DNA of 64,000 nt from a bacterium. Lineage in GTDB: Bacteria; Elusimicrobiota; Elusimicrobia; UBA1565; UBA9628. How positions within the stretch are numbered: position 1 is the first letter of the stretch; the number at the start of each line of letters is the position of its first letter. Made by a program: the position numbers and the translations under genes. The DNA lies in assembly GCA_021810245.1 (NCBI GenBank), contig JAJZJF010000003.1, positions 1,052 to 65,051 on the forward strand, read 5' to 3'. The notes beneath the pieces were generated by a model. That model was not told the origin of the DNA and did not search any database. It saw nothing but the letters and a program-made list of their open reading frames with translations. Positions 8,598-18,365 of the stretch are shown piece by piece.

Positions 8598-10250
8598 GTG
8601 TCGAATGCGAAAATAATAGGGCTGACAGCGGCGGCTTTGGCCGCGTTTTTTACCGCGGTATTTTTTGGAATTTCCCAGATTGAAGATTCATCGGCGACCT
8701 ATGACGAGCCCGTTCATTTGGCGAGCGGATATCTCGCGCTTAAAACCCAATTGCCGCCGCTGAACTGGCGCGATCATCCTCCCTTGGCGGAAATGTGGGG
8801 GGCTTTGCCGCTTCTTTTTTTAAATCCTTCTACGATGACCTTAAATCCCGATTTTGGGAGGCTTTATAATTTTTCGGATCAATTTATCTATAAAAATCGA
8901 GTCGACGCCTCTCGCTTGCTTAATTCCGCCCGAATCTGGAATTTGATTAGCCTTCTTTTAATTTTGTTCCCCGCGGTTTTGGCTTGGTCTTGGAGTTTGG
9001 GCCGGGAGCCGTCTTTTCTCGCGGCGTCTTTTTTCCTCGCCTTTTGTCCGCCGATTTTTTCCAATTTTGCGCTGGCGACCACCGACGCGATGCCGACAGT
9101 CTTTTATTTATTGACCTGTTTTTTTCTTTCCCGCCCTAATCGCGGCTTAACCGATTGGGCTTTATCCGGGTTGTGTTTGGGCGGGGCTTTGGCCTCGAAA
9201 TTTAGCATGATTATGCTCCCCATAGTCATTGTCAGCGCTCTTTTAACCGAGGCGCGGGTGTCTCCCAAGCGCTGGCCAAAAATTTCTCAAGTTCTCATTT
9301 TTGTCTTTCTCACGGCTTTGACTCTCGCCTTTGCCTACCGCTTGAGCGGTTTTTCTCTTTATTGGGACGGACTTCTGCAAACGCTGACCAGGCTCAGTCA
9401 AGGCCGTCCGTCTTTTTTATGGGGTCGCTATAGTCAAAATGGATTCTGGGATTTTTTCCCGGTGGCTCTCGCGGTCAAAACCCCGATTCCGCTTCTTATT
9501 TTTGCCGCGCTTGGGATTTATCTGGCATTAAGAAAACCGTCTGATCAGGAGATTTGGCTCTTGATGCCCCCCGTGGCTTATTTTATTGCTGCCTTGATTT
9601 CTAAAACCGATATTGGCTATCGCCATATTCTCCCCATTTATCCTTTTCTGATTGTTTTAGGATCCCGCGCCGTCGCCGCTTTAAAAATTCGTCTCTCTCG
9701 AAGGATGTTTGCCGCCTCTCTCATCGTTGGAGCGCTTTGGACGGCCTTGAGCGTAATTCGGGCCTACCCTCATTATCTGGTTTATTTTAACGAGTTGACC
9801 GGCGGGCCTAGCGGCGGCTATCATCTGCTAGCCGATTCAAGCCTGGATTGGGGACAAGGCTTGAAAGATTTGGGGCGGGAACTTAAAAAGCGCGGCAATC
9901 CCCCGATTATTCTTTCTTATTTCGGAGTCGCTGATCCCTCCTATGAAGGAATTCGCTATTTTCCCCTAGCGTTTTATTCGAATGTCGACCGTCGCGACGG
10001 GACGGTCCTTCCGAAAAATTCCGGGCCGCTTTTATTGGCCATTTCAGAAACCAATCTCCAGGCGGTCTATTTCGCCGATAAGAATATATTTTCCTGGCTT
10101 AAAAAACGAAAGCCCGCCTTTACCGCCGGAAATTCGATTTTTGTCTACGATTTGACTCATGACGTAGAGGCGCGTAAGATTTTATCCAATCTGCTTGCCG
10201 CTTCCGGATCTATACAGGCGGCAAAGATTGTGGGAAACGGCGCGTATTGA
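8598..10250 (+). CDS. Polytopic membrane glycosyltransferase, GT39/ArnT/PMT-like
   Basis: 550 aa with about 10 or more TM segments. An early loop (YDEPVH..., DHPPL) resembles the ArnT/PMT_2 family, followed by a soluble C-terminal domain. GTG start. Confidence 0.65.
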   Translation: MSNAKIIGLTAAALAAFFTAVFFGISQIEDSSATYDEPVHLASGYLALKTQLPPLNWRDHPPLAEMWGALPLLFLNPSTMTLNPDFGRLYNFSDQFIYKNRVDASRLLNSARIWNLISLLLILFPAVLAWSWSLGREPSFLAASFFLAFCPPIFSNFALATTDAMPTVFYLLTCFFLSRPNRGLTDWALSGLCLGGALASKFSMIMLPIVIVSALLTEARVSPKRWPKISQVLIFVFLTALTLAFAYRLSGFSLYWDGLLQTLTRLSQGRPSFLWGRYSQNGFWDFFPVALAVKTPIPLLIFAALGIYLALRKPSDQEIWLLMPPVAYFIAALISKTDIGYRHILPIYPFLIVLGSRAVAALKIRLSRRMFAASLIVGALWTALSVIRAYPHYLVYFNELTGGPSGGYHLLADSSLDWGQGLKDLGRELKKRGNPPIILSYFGVADPSYEGIRYFPLAFYSNVDRRDGTVLPKNSGPLLLAISETNLQAVYFADKNIFSWLKKRKPAFTAGNSIFVYDLTHDVEARKILSNLLAASGSIQAAKIVGNGAY

Positions 10251-11146
10251 AAAAGTCCGCGGTAGGGGATACAATATCCAGTATGGAGAAGACCAAGGCT
10301 CGCGCGGGAAAAACCGGGAGAGACCGCAATTTAAGAAGCCTAGCCTTGCTGCTTGAAGACGAAGAGCCAAACAGCGCTTCCTTGGTGCGGGAGCATATCC
10401 TCAAAATTGGAGCGCCGATTCTCCCTTACTTAATGGATTTGGAGCGTTCGCGTCCTGCGCTTTTTGAAAAGGCCAAAGGGCTTATCTCCGACATTGTCTT
10501 TGGCGAAATCAAAAAGGAATTCGAAAAGTTCGCGCGTTTAAGTGAATCCAAGAAAGATCTGGAAAAAGGAGCTTTTTTGATCGCGCGTTTTGCCTATCCT
10601 CTTCTTGATGAAAGAGTCTATCACAAGTGGCTAGACAATATCGCCGAGAAAATTAAAAGCGATATCTCTTCATCGGAAAACTCAACGACGGCCTTTAAGC
10701 GCCTGCACTCCTTTCTCTCCAATGCCATGGGCTTTCGCGTGAATGAGGAAAACTATTACGATCCGGACAATAACTATTTAAATCGGGTCATCGAAATGAG
10801 GCGGGGAACGCCTCTAAGCTTGTCTATTCTTTTCCTGATATTGGCGCGCCGGCTTAAAATTCCAGCTTTTGGAATTGGGCTTCCGGGTCATTTTGTGGTT
10901 GGGCTTGGGCGACCGTCTTTGTTCTGGGATCCCATTTTAAATAAAACCCTCGATGTTTCTGGAATGCGAAAGCGTTTGGCTCAAAACGGGTTTAGTTATG
11001 ATCCAAATGCTTTAAGGCCGGTCTCTAATTCCTATATTTTGATGCGGCTTTTGCGCAATTTAATGGCGGTTTACCAAAACGCGGGGCTTAATTTAAATAG
11101 CGAGAGATTAGGCGAATTGGCGCAGATTCTATTGATTCCCCAATGA
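10247..11146 (+). CDS. SirB1/transglutaminase-like family protein
   Basis: YYDPDNNYLNRVIEMRRGTPLSLSILFLILARRLKIP...GLPGHFVV matches the SirB1 N-terminal/transglutaminase-like signature. TTGA overlap with the upstream gene; an alternative ATG lies at 10283. Confidence 0.65.
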   Translation: MKKSAVGDTISSMEKTKARAGKTGRDRNLRSLALLLEDEEPNSASLVREHILKIGAPILPYLMDLERSRPALFEKAKGLISDIVFGEIKKEFEKFARLSESKKDLEKGAFLIARFAYPLLDERVYHKWLDNIAEKIKSDISSSENSTTAFKRLHSFLSNAMGFRVNEENYYDPDNNYLNRVIEMRRGTPLSLSILFLILARRLKIPAFGIGLPGHFVVGLGRPSLFWDPILNKTLDVSGMRKRLAQNGFSYDPNALRPVSNSYILMRLLRNLMAVYQNAGLNLNSERLGELAQILLIPQ

Positions 11147-12249
11147 GAGATTCGCCCGTCATCTCTCAAGTTCTGATTGCGCGGCTCAATGAACCTTTAA
11201 ACGAGCCGTTTCCCATTTCCTCGGGCTCTCAAAGCTCTACTAGTAACGTCTTAGTCCGCGTGCGCCTCAAAGACGGGACCATTGGATACGGCGAAGGCGC
11301 TCCCTCTACGACCTTTAACGGAGACAGTCAAGATCTGACTTATCGCGCGCTGTCTGAGGAGATTTCATTCTTGGAGGGAAAATCGATTTCTGATGTTGGA
11401 CCTTTTTTAAGAAAGCTCGATTTGCGCATGCCTCCGGAGCGCGGGGCAGCTCGCGCGGCAATTCAGATGGCGATCTTAGACGCCTGGACTAGGTTTAGAA
11501 AAATTCCTTTAAGGTCTTTTCTGGGCGGGGCGAAAAAAAGCGTTTTTTCGGACGTGACGGTGACCTTGATTCCGCCGGAGAAATCTCGACTGGCGGCGCG
11601 GAAAATCGCGCGCTTGGGAGTTCAAACGATTAAAATCAAGGTGGGATGCGATTTAGATGAGGATGAAAAGCGGGTTTTGGCGGTTGTTGCTGAGGCGCCG
11701 AAAGCGAGATTGATTATTGACGCCAATCAGGGCTATTCCTCAAAAAAAGCTCTTGATTTTCTCATGCGCTTAAAAAAGCGCGGGATTTGTCCGGCTCTTT
11801 TTGAACAACCGGTTAAAAGAGAAGATTTGGAAGGGCTTTTTGACGTTGAAAAACATGGCGGCGTTCCTGTTTGCGCCGATGAATCCGCTTACAGTTTTAA
11901 AGCCGTCCAAAATTTATTTCGCCGCCCTTTTCCCTCCGCCGTCAATATTAAGCTCATGAAATGCGGAATCATTGAGAATATTCAAATTGCCGATTTGGCG
12001 CGTAAGAAAGGAAAGATTTTGATGATTGGCGGGAATATCGAGACCGCTTTGGCGATGACCGCATCCGCCCATTTTGCCTGCGGGAGGGGGGATTTTAGTT
12101 TTGTCGATTTAGACACCCCGCTTTGGTTTTCTCAAAAACTCTGGAAGGGGCCGTCTATCGGACGCAAGGGGTTTTATGACCTCTCGAAAGTTCGAGCGGG
12201 CTTGGGGATGGAGCCTTTGCCAAGGCTCAAAAAATTAGTCGGTTTCTAG
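11143..12249 (+). CDS. Enolase-superfamily dipeptide (L-Ala-D/L-Glu) epimerase-like protein
   Basis: IKIKVG, IIDANQGYS, FEQP and CADES metal/acid-base motifs of the muconate-lactonizing/dipeptide epimerase subgroup. Confidence 0.78.
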   Translation: MRDSPVISQVLIARLNEPLNEPFPISSGSQSSTSNVLVRVRLKDGTIGYGEGAPSTTFNGDSQDLTYRALSEEISFLEGKSISDVGPFLRKLDLRMPPERGAARAAIQMAILDAWTRFRKIPLRSFLGGAKKSVFSDVTVTLIPPEKSRLAARKIARLGVQTIKIKVGCDLDEDEKRVLAVVAEAPKARLIIDANQGYSSKKALDFLMRLKKRGICPALFEQPVKREDLEGLFDVEKHGGVPVCADESAYSFKAVQNLFRRPFPSAVNIKLMKCGIIENIQIADLARKKGKILMIGGNIETALAMTASAHFACGRGDFSFVDLDTPLWFSQKLWKGPSIGRKGFYDLSKVRAGLGMEPLPRLKKLVGF

Positions 12250-12272
12250 CGTCCTATTATTTCGTTTAAGAC

Positions 12273-13316
12273 CTAAGCCCAATTCTTGAAAGGAAGCGCT
12301 GGATCGCTCTTATTGTTAGAAAAGCGGTTTTTGGCTTTGGATGAGAGTTTGTGAATGGCGACTTGAGCGATCATGGCGCCATTGTCGGTGCAGAGTTTTA
12401 GAGACGAAAGGCTGACGGCGATTTTTTGATTTTGGCATTTCTCAACAAACATTTCTCTTAAGCGGCTATTGGCGGAAACCCCTCCCCCAACGACGATTTG
12501 GCGAATTTCAAATTTTTTCGCGGCGGCAAGGGTTTTATGAACAAGGGTTTCACAGACGGCCTCTTGAAACGCGGCGCAAATATTTGAAATTTCCTCGGAT
12601 TTTAAAATCGGCTTTTCGGAGCTTTCGATCTTAGCGTTCATTGGCCTTTTAAGACGTTTGTTGATGTGGTAGAGAAGAGAGGTCTTAAGCCCCGAAAAAG
12701 AAAAATCAAAAGTCCCTTCAAGATAAGGGCGCGGGAAAATAATAAAGTTCTTGTCTCCGGTCTTGGAAAGCCGATCGATAATGGGACCGCCGGGATATCC
12801 CAACCCCAATATTTTGGCCGCTTTGTCATAGCATTCCCCAGCGGCATCATCGCGGGTGCGGCCTAAAACCCGGTATTTGCCGGGCTTCAAAACTAGGACT
12901 AAGTCGGTATGTCCTCCTGAAACAATCAGCGCCAGCAATGGGAAACGAATTTTACCCTCTAGTTCGGCGGAAAAAATATGCCCTTCAAGGTGATTAATTC
13001 CGATGACGGGACAATTCCAAATTCGCCCCAGCGTCTCGGCGGCGACTCTCCCGACCAGAAGAGATCCCATGAGTCCGGGGCCTTGGGTAAAAGCGACGGC
13101 GTCCGGCTGCTTAATTCCGGCCTTGAGACACGCTTCTTCTATGACCGGAGCTATTTTTTTAAAATGGGCTCTTGAGGCCAGCTCGGGAACGACGCCTTGA
13201 TAAGGGCGATGGAGAGGGATTTGAGAAATAACTACGTTTGACAAAATACCGCGCTTGTCATCGACGACCGCAGCCGAGGTCTCGTCGCAAGAAGTTTCAA
13301 TTCCCAAGACTTTCAA
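12273..13316 (-). CDS. tsaD: tRNA N6-adenosine threonylcarbamoyltransferase
   Basis: LGIETSCDETSAAV, INHLEGH and GGVSAN motifs. The tracked ORF extension (to 13457) lies inside ctpA. TTG at 13316 overlaps the ctpA stop (TTGA) and gives a typical 347-aa protein. Confidence 0.92.
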   Translation of the reverse strand: MKVLGIETSCDETSAAVVDDKRGILSNVVISQIPLHRPYQGVVPELASRAHFKKIAPVIEEACLKAGIKQPDAVAFTQGPGLMGSLLVGRVAAETLGRIWNCPVIGINHLEGHIFSAELEGKIRFPLLALIVSGGHTDLVLVLKPGKYRVLGRTRDDAAGECYDKAAKILGLGYPGGPIIDRLSKTGDKNFIIFPRPYLEGTFDFSFSGLKTSLLYHINKRLKRPMNAKIESSEKPILKSEEISNICAAFQEAVCETLVHKTLAAAKKFEIRQIVVGGGVSANSRLREMFVEKCQNQKIAVSLSSLKLCTDNGAMIAQVAIHKLSSKAKNRFSNNKSDPALPFKNWA

Positions 13317-14650
13317 GGGGCGGGGTTTCCCTGCGTTCCCAAGATATTTCGGGCTTTTAGAATTTCTTCTGCGCGGTCGAGAATTTTGTCCGGAACGCGG
13401 TATTTTTTCTTGACCATTGAGCGGGGTTTTTGGTTTTTTGCGTAGATCATGTCCCACTGATCGTAAAGTTTGGCCTCAATATCGGGAGGAACCTTGACGA
13501 CAATGTCGGGCAGAATTCCGCCGGTGTGGTTTGTCTCGTTGCGCTGAATCGAACGCCCGGACGGGGTATAGTAGCGGGCGATTGTCAGGCGGAGGCTGGA
13601 GCCGTCATCGAGAGGAATGATGGATTGGACGCTGGCTTTTCCATAGGTCCGCATGCCGACCAATAGAGCGCGGTGATTGTCTTGAAGGGCGCCAGAAACG
13701 ATTTCGGCCGCCGATGCGGATCCCCCGTTGACCAATACGATCATCGGAAGATCGGGGAATGGGGCGGTCTCAAAGCTTCTAAATTCCTCGCGATCGTCGG
13801 GCTTTCTTCCCTGAGTATAGACGATTAATTTTTTCCCGGCCAGGAAATATGAGGCAATCTGAACCGCGGAGGACAAAAGCCCGCCGGGATTATTTCTGAG
13901 ATCCAAAATAAGGCTGGTCATCCCTTGTTTTTTTAAGGAATTAAGCGCGTTCAAGGCGTCTCGGGCGGTATTGGCGTTAAATTCCACGATCCGGATATAT
14001 CCGATGTGATTGGGAAGCATTTGAGAATGAACGCTCTCTATTTTTATGTTTTTTCTTTCGACCGTAAAATTAAGCGGCTTCCATATCTCGGAATTTCCCT
14101 CCGGAACTTTCCGGAGAATGGTTAAGGAAACTTTGCTGCCCGGCTTTCCCCGAAGATATTTTTGGATCTGGTTTAATGTTTCATCCTTGGTGCTTTGCCC
14201 GTTGACCGCGGACAAACGGTCTCCCGGTAAGATACCGGCGCCGTAGGCGGGGGTTCCTGGAATGGGGGTAATGACGGTTAGCCAATCTCCATCGACGTTG
14301 AGCTGAAGCCCAACCCCGTCAAAATGTCCCTTGGTCTCGGTGTCCATTTCGCCCGCCGCCTCGACGCCCAGATATTGGGAGAAAGGATCCAGTGTGTCAA
14401 CCATGCCCGATAAAGCCCCGTCCATTAATTGCTTGGTTGAAACCGGATCGACATAGTCTTCGCGAATGTAATGAAGAACATCGACTAGGGTTTTGATTTT
14501 CTTATAGGTTTCATCGCCGGAAAGCCCTTCTTGGGAAGATGAAGAAACAACGACCTGGCTTTGAGCGGGCAGACAAAGAGTCGCCGCGAAAAAAGAAATA
14601 ATCAAGATGCGGTTTAGTTTATCTAAGTGGGCGCTCATCTTTATCATCAT
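13313..14650 (-). CDS. ctpA: Carboxy-terminal processing protease (S41) with PDZ domain
   Basis: Signal peptide, PDZ (GILPGDRLSAVNG), catalytic Ser region GGSASAAEIVSGALQD and the Lys region (TYGKASVQ). Confidence 0.92.
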   Translation of the reverse strand: MMIKMSAHLDKLNRILIISFFAATLCLPAQSQVVVSSSSQEGLSGDETYKKIKTLVDVLHYIREDYVDPVSTKQLMDGALSGMVDTLDPFSQYLGVEAAGEMDTETKGHFDGVGLQLNVDGDWLTVITPIPGTPAYGAGILPGDRLSAVNGQSTKDETLNQIQKYLRGKPGSKVSLTILRKVPEGNSEIWKPLNFTVERKNIKIESVHSQMLPNHIGYIRIVEFNANTARDALNALNSLKKQGMTSLILDLRNNPGGLLSSAVQIASYFLAGKKLIVYTQGRKPDDREEFRSFETAPFPDLPMIVLVNGGSASAAEIVSGALQDNHRALLVGMRTYGKASVQSIIPLDDGSSLRLTIARYYTPSGRSIQRNETNHTGGILPDIVVKVPPDIEAKLYDQWDMIYAKNQKPRSMVKKKYRVPDKILDRAEEILKARNILGTQGNPAP

Positions 14651-14651
14651 A

Positions 14652-15758
14652 TTATTTTTTCAACCAGCCAAGCGGGTTGAGGGCAGTCGTTCCCTGCCGG
14701 AGTTCAAAATATAAATTCCCCAAGCGCGGCTCGGAAGAGCTGGTCCCAATAGTTTGCCCTTGCTCGACTGTTTCCCCGGTTCTTGCAAGGATGGCCCCCA
14801 GATGCCCATAGATGGCGAAAAATTCGCGGCCACAGTCGACAATCACGATTTGTCCGTAAGAGCGAAAAGGTCCGGCAAAGATAACCCGCCCAGAAGCGAC
14901 ATTGTGGATGGGCGAATGGGGGGAGGTCTCAAGAAGTATTCCTTGATGAATGACCCAAGTTCCCAGCTCGGGTTTTTTTTCCTTTCCAAAGAAACTGACA
15001 ATTTTTCCGCGCGCGGGCCAGGACAGGGAATGGGGGCCTAGCGCCGGGCGAGGATGATAGATTTTTCTGATGGGGCGCATTTTTCTTCGGCGGTTGAATT
15101 TTTTTAACAAGAGAGTCAGGGCCTTTTCCGATTCCTCTAATTTCTTTTCTCTTTTTAATGCCTCGGCTTTTTTTTCGGCGACGTTTTGGATGAGAGATTG
15201 TTCGCGGGAAAAAGACGCTGAGAGTTTTTGGCTTTGCGCTATGGCTTTTTGGCTTTGCGCGATGATTCCCTCTTTGAACGCATCCGTTTTCTGCTTGTCC
15301 TGGGCGGTCCTTTTAGCGCTCCCGCTGAGGGCCTTGATCATAGAGGAGTCATTGATGAGAGAAAACCTTAGGAATTGTTCCTGTTGGAGAAAATCGACGC
15401 TTTGATATCCCTGACCGGTTTCGATGTCGGAAAAATAAGCCCGGATATTTCTTTTCAGTTCTTCAGACCAAAAATTAGAGTCCTCTTGCAGAGATTTTAA
15501 TTGAAGGGCGAGGTCCTGCTCTTTATTTCTAACGGAGGTTTCCAATTTTTTCAGGCGCTTAAGGGTTTTTTGATTGGTCAAATGCTTTCTCTTCAGAAAT
15601 TCCACATCTTTTTTTAAACGGGTTTCCGTTTTTTGGTAATGGCTGATTTCCCTCCTGGTCTCAAGAATTTCTTTTTTTACCTCGCCCAGTTTTCGGCTGA
15701 GGGGTTTGGCTTGCGCGGCAGGAGATAAAAATAACCACGAGATGATTACCAAACGCAT
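14652..15758 (-). CDS. EnvC-like murein hydrolase activator (coiled coil + degenerate LytM/M23 domain)
   Basis: Signal peptide MRLVIISWLFLSPAAQA and a long coiled coil. The C-terminal LytM fold has lost its metal ligands (HQGILL instead of HxGxD, NLYFE instead of HxH), as in non-catalytic EnvC. Start moved to the ATG at 15758; the upstream extension lies inside ftsX. Confidence 0.8.
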   Translation of the reverse strand: MRLVIISWLFLSPAAQAKPLSRKLGEVKKEILETRREISHYQKTETRLKKDVEFLKRKHLTNQKTLKRLKKLETSVRNKEQDLALQLKSLQEDSNFWSEELKRNIRAYFSDIETGQGYQSVDFLQQEQFLRFSLINDSSMIKALSGSAKRTAQDKQKTDAFKEGIIAQSQKAIAQSQKLSASFSREQSLIQNVAEKKAEALKREKKLEESEKALTLLLKKFNRRRKMRPIRKIYHPRPALGPHSLSWPARGKIVSFFGKEKKPELGTWVIHQGILLETSPHSPIHNVASGRVIFAGPFRSYGQIVIVDCGREFFAIYGHLGAILARTGETVEQGQTIGTSSSEPRLGNLYFELRQGTTALNPLGWLKK

Positions 15759-16504
15759 AGAATCGCGCCGGAAAGCGCCGTGGGAACAATAAAGATCGCT
15801 TGAGTTAACAGGGTGGGCCACCCCCACCACTCTACGGCGCGGCCCAAGGGCCAGGCAAAAGCGGCGGAAAAAATTCCGCCGAGGCAGACGCCGAGAAGAC
15901 AAATCCCGAAAGTTTTTGCGCTAAGCGAAAGAAGCTCAATCATTTTGTGAGGCGAGCGCTTTGAAAAAACCATGAGAGGGAAAAGCACCCCTAAAATTAA
16001 GAGGAGAGAGGAGAGGCATAAAAGAGCGGTCAGAGCCACGTTCAGAAAACGCAGATATAACCCTAGTCTTAAAATAGACTTAAGCTCTTCCGGCTGATAA
16101 CGCATCTCAGTCCATTTCTGTCGAGCGGCGGCTTGGGACATCCAAGATTGGAAAGAGAGAAGGCCTTCCTTGTTTAGAGTCGCTTCGATAATTGGTTCTA
16201 TTGGATTTGTGGGCAAGAAAGAAAGATTTTGCGCCAATTCCGGATCTTCTTTCTTGAGGATGGAGAGGGCTTTTTCCGGAGAAATTAAAATGGAGGATTG
16301 GGTTCCGGGTATTTCATCCACTGATTTTTGAGCGCTCAGGAGAGTCTGTGGCAAAGATTTTTCCGGCATAAAAAAGAGAACGCGGAAGTCTTTTCGCAAA
16401 TTATCGGAAAAACGCGCCGCCGCGGTTTTTGATAGAAGAAGAGTCTCTCCGCCAAGACCGAGAATGATTCCAAGAAAAAAAGCCGCGGAAAAACGCCTTT
16501 TCAT
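15746..16504 (-). CDS. ftsX: FtsX-like cell-division permease
   Basis: TM1, then a periplasmic domain (ILISPEKALSILKKEDPEL...TNPIEPIIEATL), then three C-terminal TM helices. Located directly upstream of envC-ctpA. Confidence 0.65.
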   Translation of the reverse strand: MKRRFSAAFFLGIILGLGGETLLLSKTAAARFSDNLRKDFRVLFFMPEKSLPQTLLSAQKSVDEIPGTQSSILISPEKALSILKKEDPELAQNLSFLPTNPIEPIIEATLNKEGLLSFQSWMSQAAARQKWTEMRYQPEELKSILRLGLYLRFLNVALTALLCLSSLLLILGVLFPLMVFSKRSPHKMIELLSLSAKTFGICLLGVCLGGIFSAAFAWPLGRAVEWWGWPTLLTQAIFIVPTALSGAILCVW

Positions 16505-16511
16505 CGCTAAA

Positions 16512-17345
16512 CTATGATCTTATGAGCCTTAAAAGATAAAAGAAACAACACCCAATCAAAAGCCCGGTCGCTCCGCCCCAGAACATCAATTGATCCACTG
16601 CGCTTGTAGCGGAAGGCAACGGTTTTTTGACCTTGCTTAGAGAAACGCTTTTGGAGGGCGACATGAGCGGCAATACCTTCACGACATTTCGTTGATTGAG
16701 CAATCGGTCAATATTGGATATCGAAATTTTTCCCAAGAAGAGAAGGGCGATTTTATCGGATTGGGGAATGGGCTGATATCCGATTGTTTTTTGGACTTTA
16801 AACCCCGTATTTTTGACGATTCGGGGAAGATCCGCCGATAATGTTTGAGAGACGGAAGAATTGACCTCCAGTCCGACAATAAGGGTTTCTTGAGAAGAAG
16901 GGGACATGGTTTGGCGCCTATGGTCGGAAAAGGATATTTTCTCAACTGTCGGGAGTTTGGCCACCTGCTTAATATTAGACGGAAGAATCCATCCCCAGAT
17001 AAAGGCTTTTTTCGATGGTCCATCCACTACGGGATTAAACCGGGCATCAGGGCTAAAACCCGCCTGTGAACCCAGATCTATCAGAGAATCTTTCAGGCTT
17101 TCCTTGGTTTTCATGCTCAATTTGAGGCGCACAAAGACGGCTGGACTCCTAGAGTCAGAAGCCTTTATCTGGGATGGTAAAAAATCCGGAAGGGGTTCAA
17201 GGTTCCAAGGGCTGGGCAGGGCAACAGGAGCGGGAGATTGCGGCCATAGAGAGTAAATGTTCAGAGCGGAGGAGTTTTCTAAGGCGCCCGCTTTCAAGGG
17301 CGAGGTTAGAGCGGGGAATAGAAAACACAGAAATAGAGAAAGCAC
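16512..17345 (-). CDS. Hypothetical secreted protein with two similar ~70-aa domains and a C-terminal TM anchor
   Basis: Signal peptide. Two modules each end in ...G.I..SNI....L..V.K (VFVRLKL...ILPSNIKQVAKLPTVEKI and LIVGLEV...KISISNIDRLLNQRNVVKV). Hydrophobic tail LLIGCCFFYLLRLIRS. Confidence 0.5.
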   Translation of the reverse strand: MLSLFLCFLFPALTSPLKAGALENSSALNIYSLWPQSPAPVALPSPWNLEPLPDFLPSQIKASDSRSPAVFVRLKLSMKTKESLKDSLIDLGSQAGFSPDARFNPVVDGPSKKAFIWGWILPSNIKQVAKLPTVEKISFSDHRRQTMSPSSQETLIVGLEVNSSVSQTLSADLPRIVKNTGFKVQKTIGYQPIPQSDKIALLFLGKISISNIDRLLNQRNVVKVLPLMSPSKSVSLSKVKKPLPSATSAVDQLMFWGGATGLLIGCCFFYLLRLIRS

Positions 17346-17387
17346 GATTTTATCCTATCAAATTTAATGATTTGTTAGAATAAAACG

Positions 17388-18290
17388 GTGTCTTACTCTT
17401 CGACTAAGAAAATTTTAATTATTGGGGCGACCGGTCAACTGGGGCGTTTGTGCCTCAGGGTCTTCTCAAGCGAAAAATATCAGGTCCTAGGTACAGGTTT
17501 TTCTCGCTTGAGTTCCGGCCTCGTGCCTCTTGATTTATCCAAAGAGGGACAAGCCGCGGAGGTGGTTTCTCGCGTTCGCCCGGATATCGCCGTTATCTGC
17601 GGGGCCATGACGGATGTCGAGGGCTGTGAATCCTCTCGGGAAAAAGCCTTTCAGATTAATCTGAAATCTCCTGCCGATATCGCACGGGAGATGAAAAAAA
17701 TTCCCGGCGGCAAGCTTGTTTTCCTGTCTACCGATTATGTTTTTGACGGAACTTCCGGCCCTTACGATGAAAACTCTTTGACTCATCCCCTCAACATCTA
17801 TGGGGAAAGCAAACTCGAAGGGGAAAAAGCCGTTTTAGAAGTTTCAGACAAAAACCTGGTGGTTCGGACGACCACTGTCTATAGTTTTCAGGCGGGCGGC
17901 AACAATTTCACGATGCAATTGCTCAAAAGGCTTTCTCAAAAAGAGAAGATGCTGGTCGCTTCCGATCAGTGGGCGACGCCGACCTATGCCCAGGATTTGG
18001 CCCTGGCCTTAGAAAAGCTGCTTGAAGTGGATGCGCGCGGAATCATCCACGCCGCGGGACCTGATTTTGTCTCCCGCCTTGATTTTGCCCAAGAGGCGGC
18101 GCGGATTCTTAAATTGGACCCAAACTTAATTCAAGGATTTCTGACTTCGGAACTCAAACAAAAAGCGAAACGGCCCTTAAAAGCGGGGTTAAGGACAGAA
18201 CGTCTTCAGATGGTCGGTCATTTGATGCGGGGAATAAGAGAGGGCCTTTATGATTTCGCCGAAAATCTTAGGAAATCGTTCATAAAATAA
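17388..18290 (+). CDS. rfbD: dTDP-4-dehydrorhamnose reductase
   Basis: ILIIGATGQLG Rossmann motif, STDYVFDG and YGESKLEGE (YxxxK), typical of RmlD. GTG start. Confidence 0.85.
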   Translation: MSYSSTKKILIIGATGQLGRLCLRVFSSEKYQVLGTGFSRLSSGLVPLDLSKEGQAAEVVSRVRPDIAVICGAMTDVEGCESSREKAFQINLKSPADIAREMKKIPGGKLVFLSTDYVFDGTSGPYDENSLTHPLNIYGESKLEGEKAVLEVSDKNLVVRTTTVYSFQAGGNNFTMQLLKRLSQKEKMLVASDQWATPTYAQDLALALEKLLEVDARGIIHAAGPDFVSRLDFAQEAARILKLDPNLIQGFLTSELKQKAKRPLKAGLRTERLQMVGHLMRGIREGLYDFAENLRKSFIK

Positions 18291-18321
18291 GATACAATAA
18301 TAAAGGTATAGGACGAGCCTT

Positions 18322-18356
18322 AAGGCCGCTCGGGAGTTCGAGCGGCCTTGCTTTTG
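18322..18356 (+). terminator. Rho-independent terminator after rfbD
   Basis: Perfect 11-bp stem AAGGCCGCTCG / CGAGCGGCCTT with a 6-nt loop, followed by GCTTTTGG. Confidence 0.6.
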
Positions 18357-18365
18357 GAATAGATT

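Noticed and set aside
13317-13457. Upstream extensions of tsaD (to 13457), envC-like (to 15902), secG (to 24946), the SPFH gene (to 29432) and tlyA (from 4902)
   Set aside because: Each extension lies inside the neighbouring gene. Each is followed by an internal start that yields a family-typical N-terminus (signal peptide, lipobox or conserved motif), often with an RBS or a start/stop overlap.
15226-15267. Imperfect 21-nt tandem duplication (TTTTTGGCTTTGCGC...)
   Set aside because: It is an in-frame duplication encoding AIAQSQK twice within the EnvC coiled coil. This is ordinary repeat expansion in a low-constraint helical region, not a regulatory or CRISPR-like repeat.
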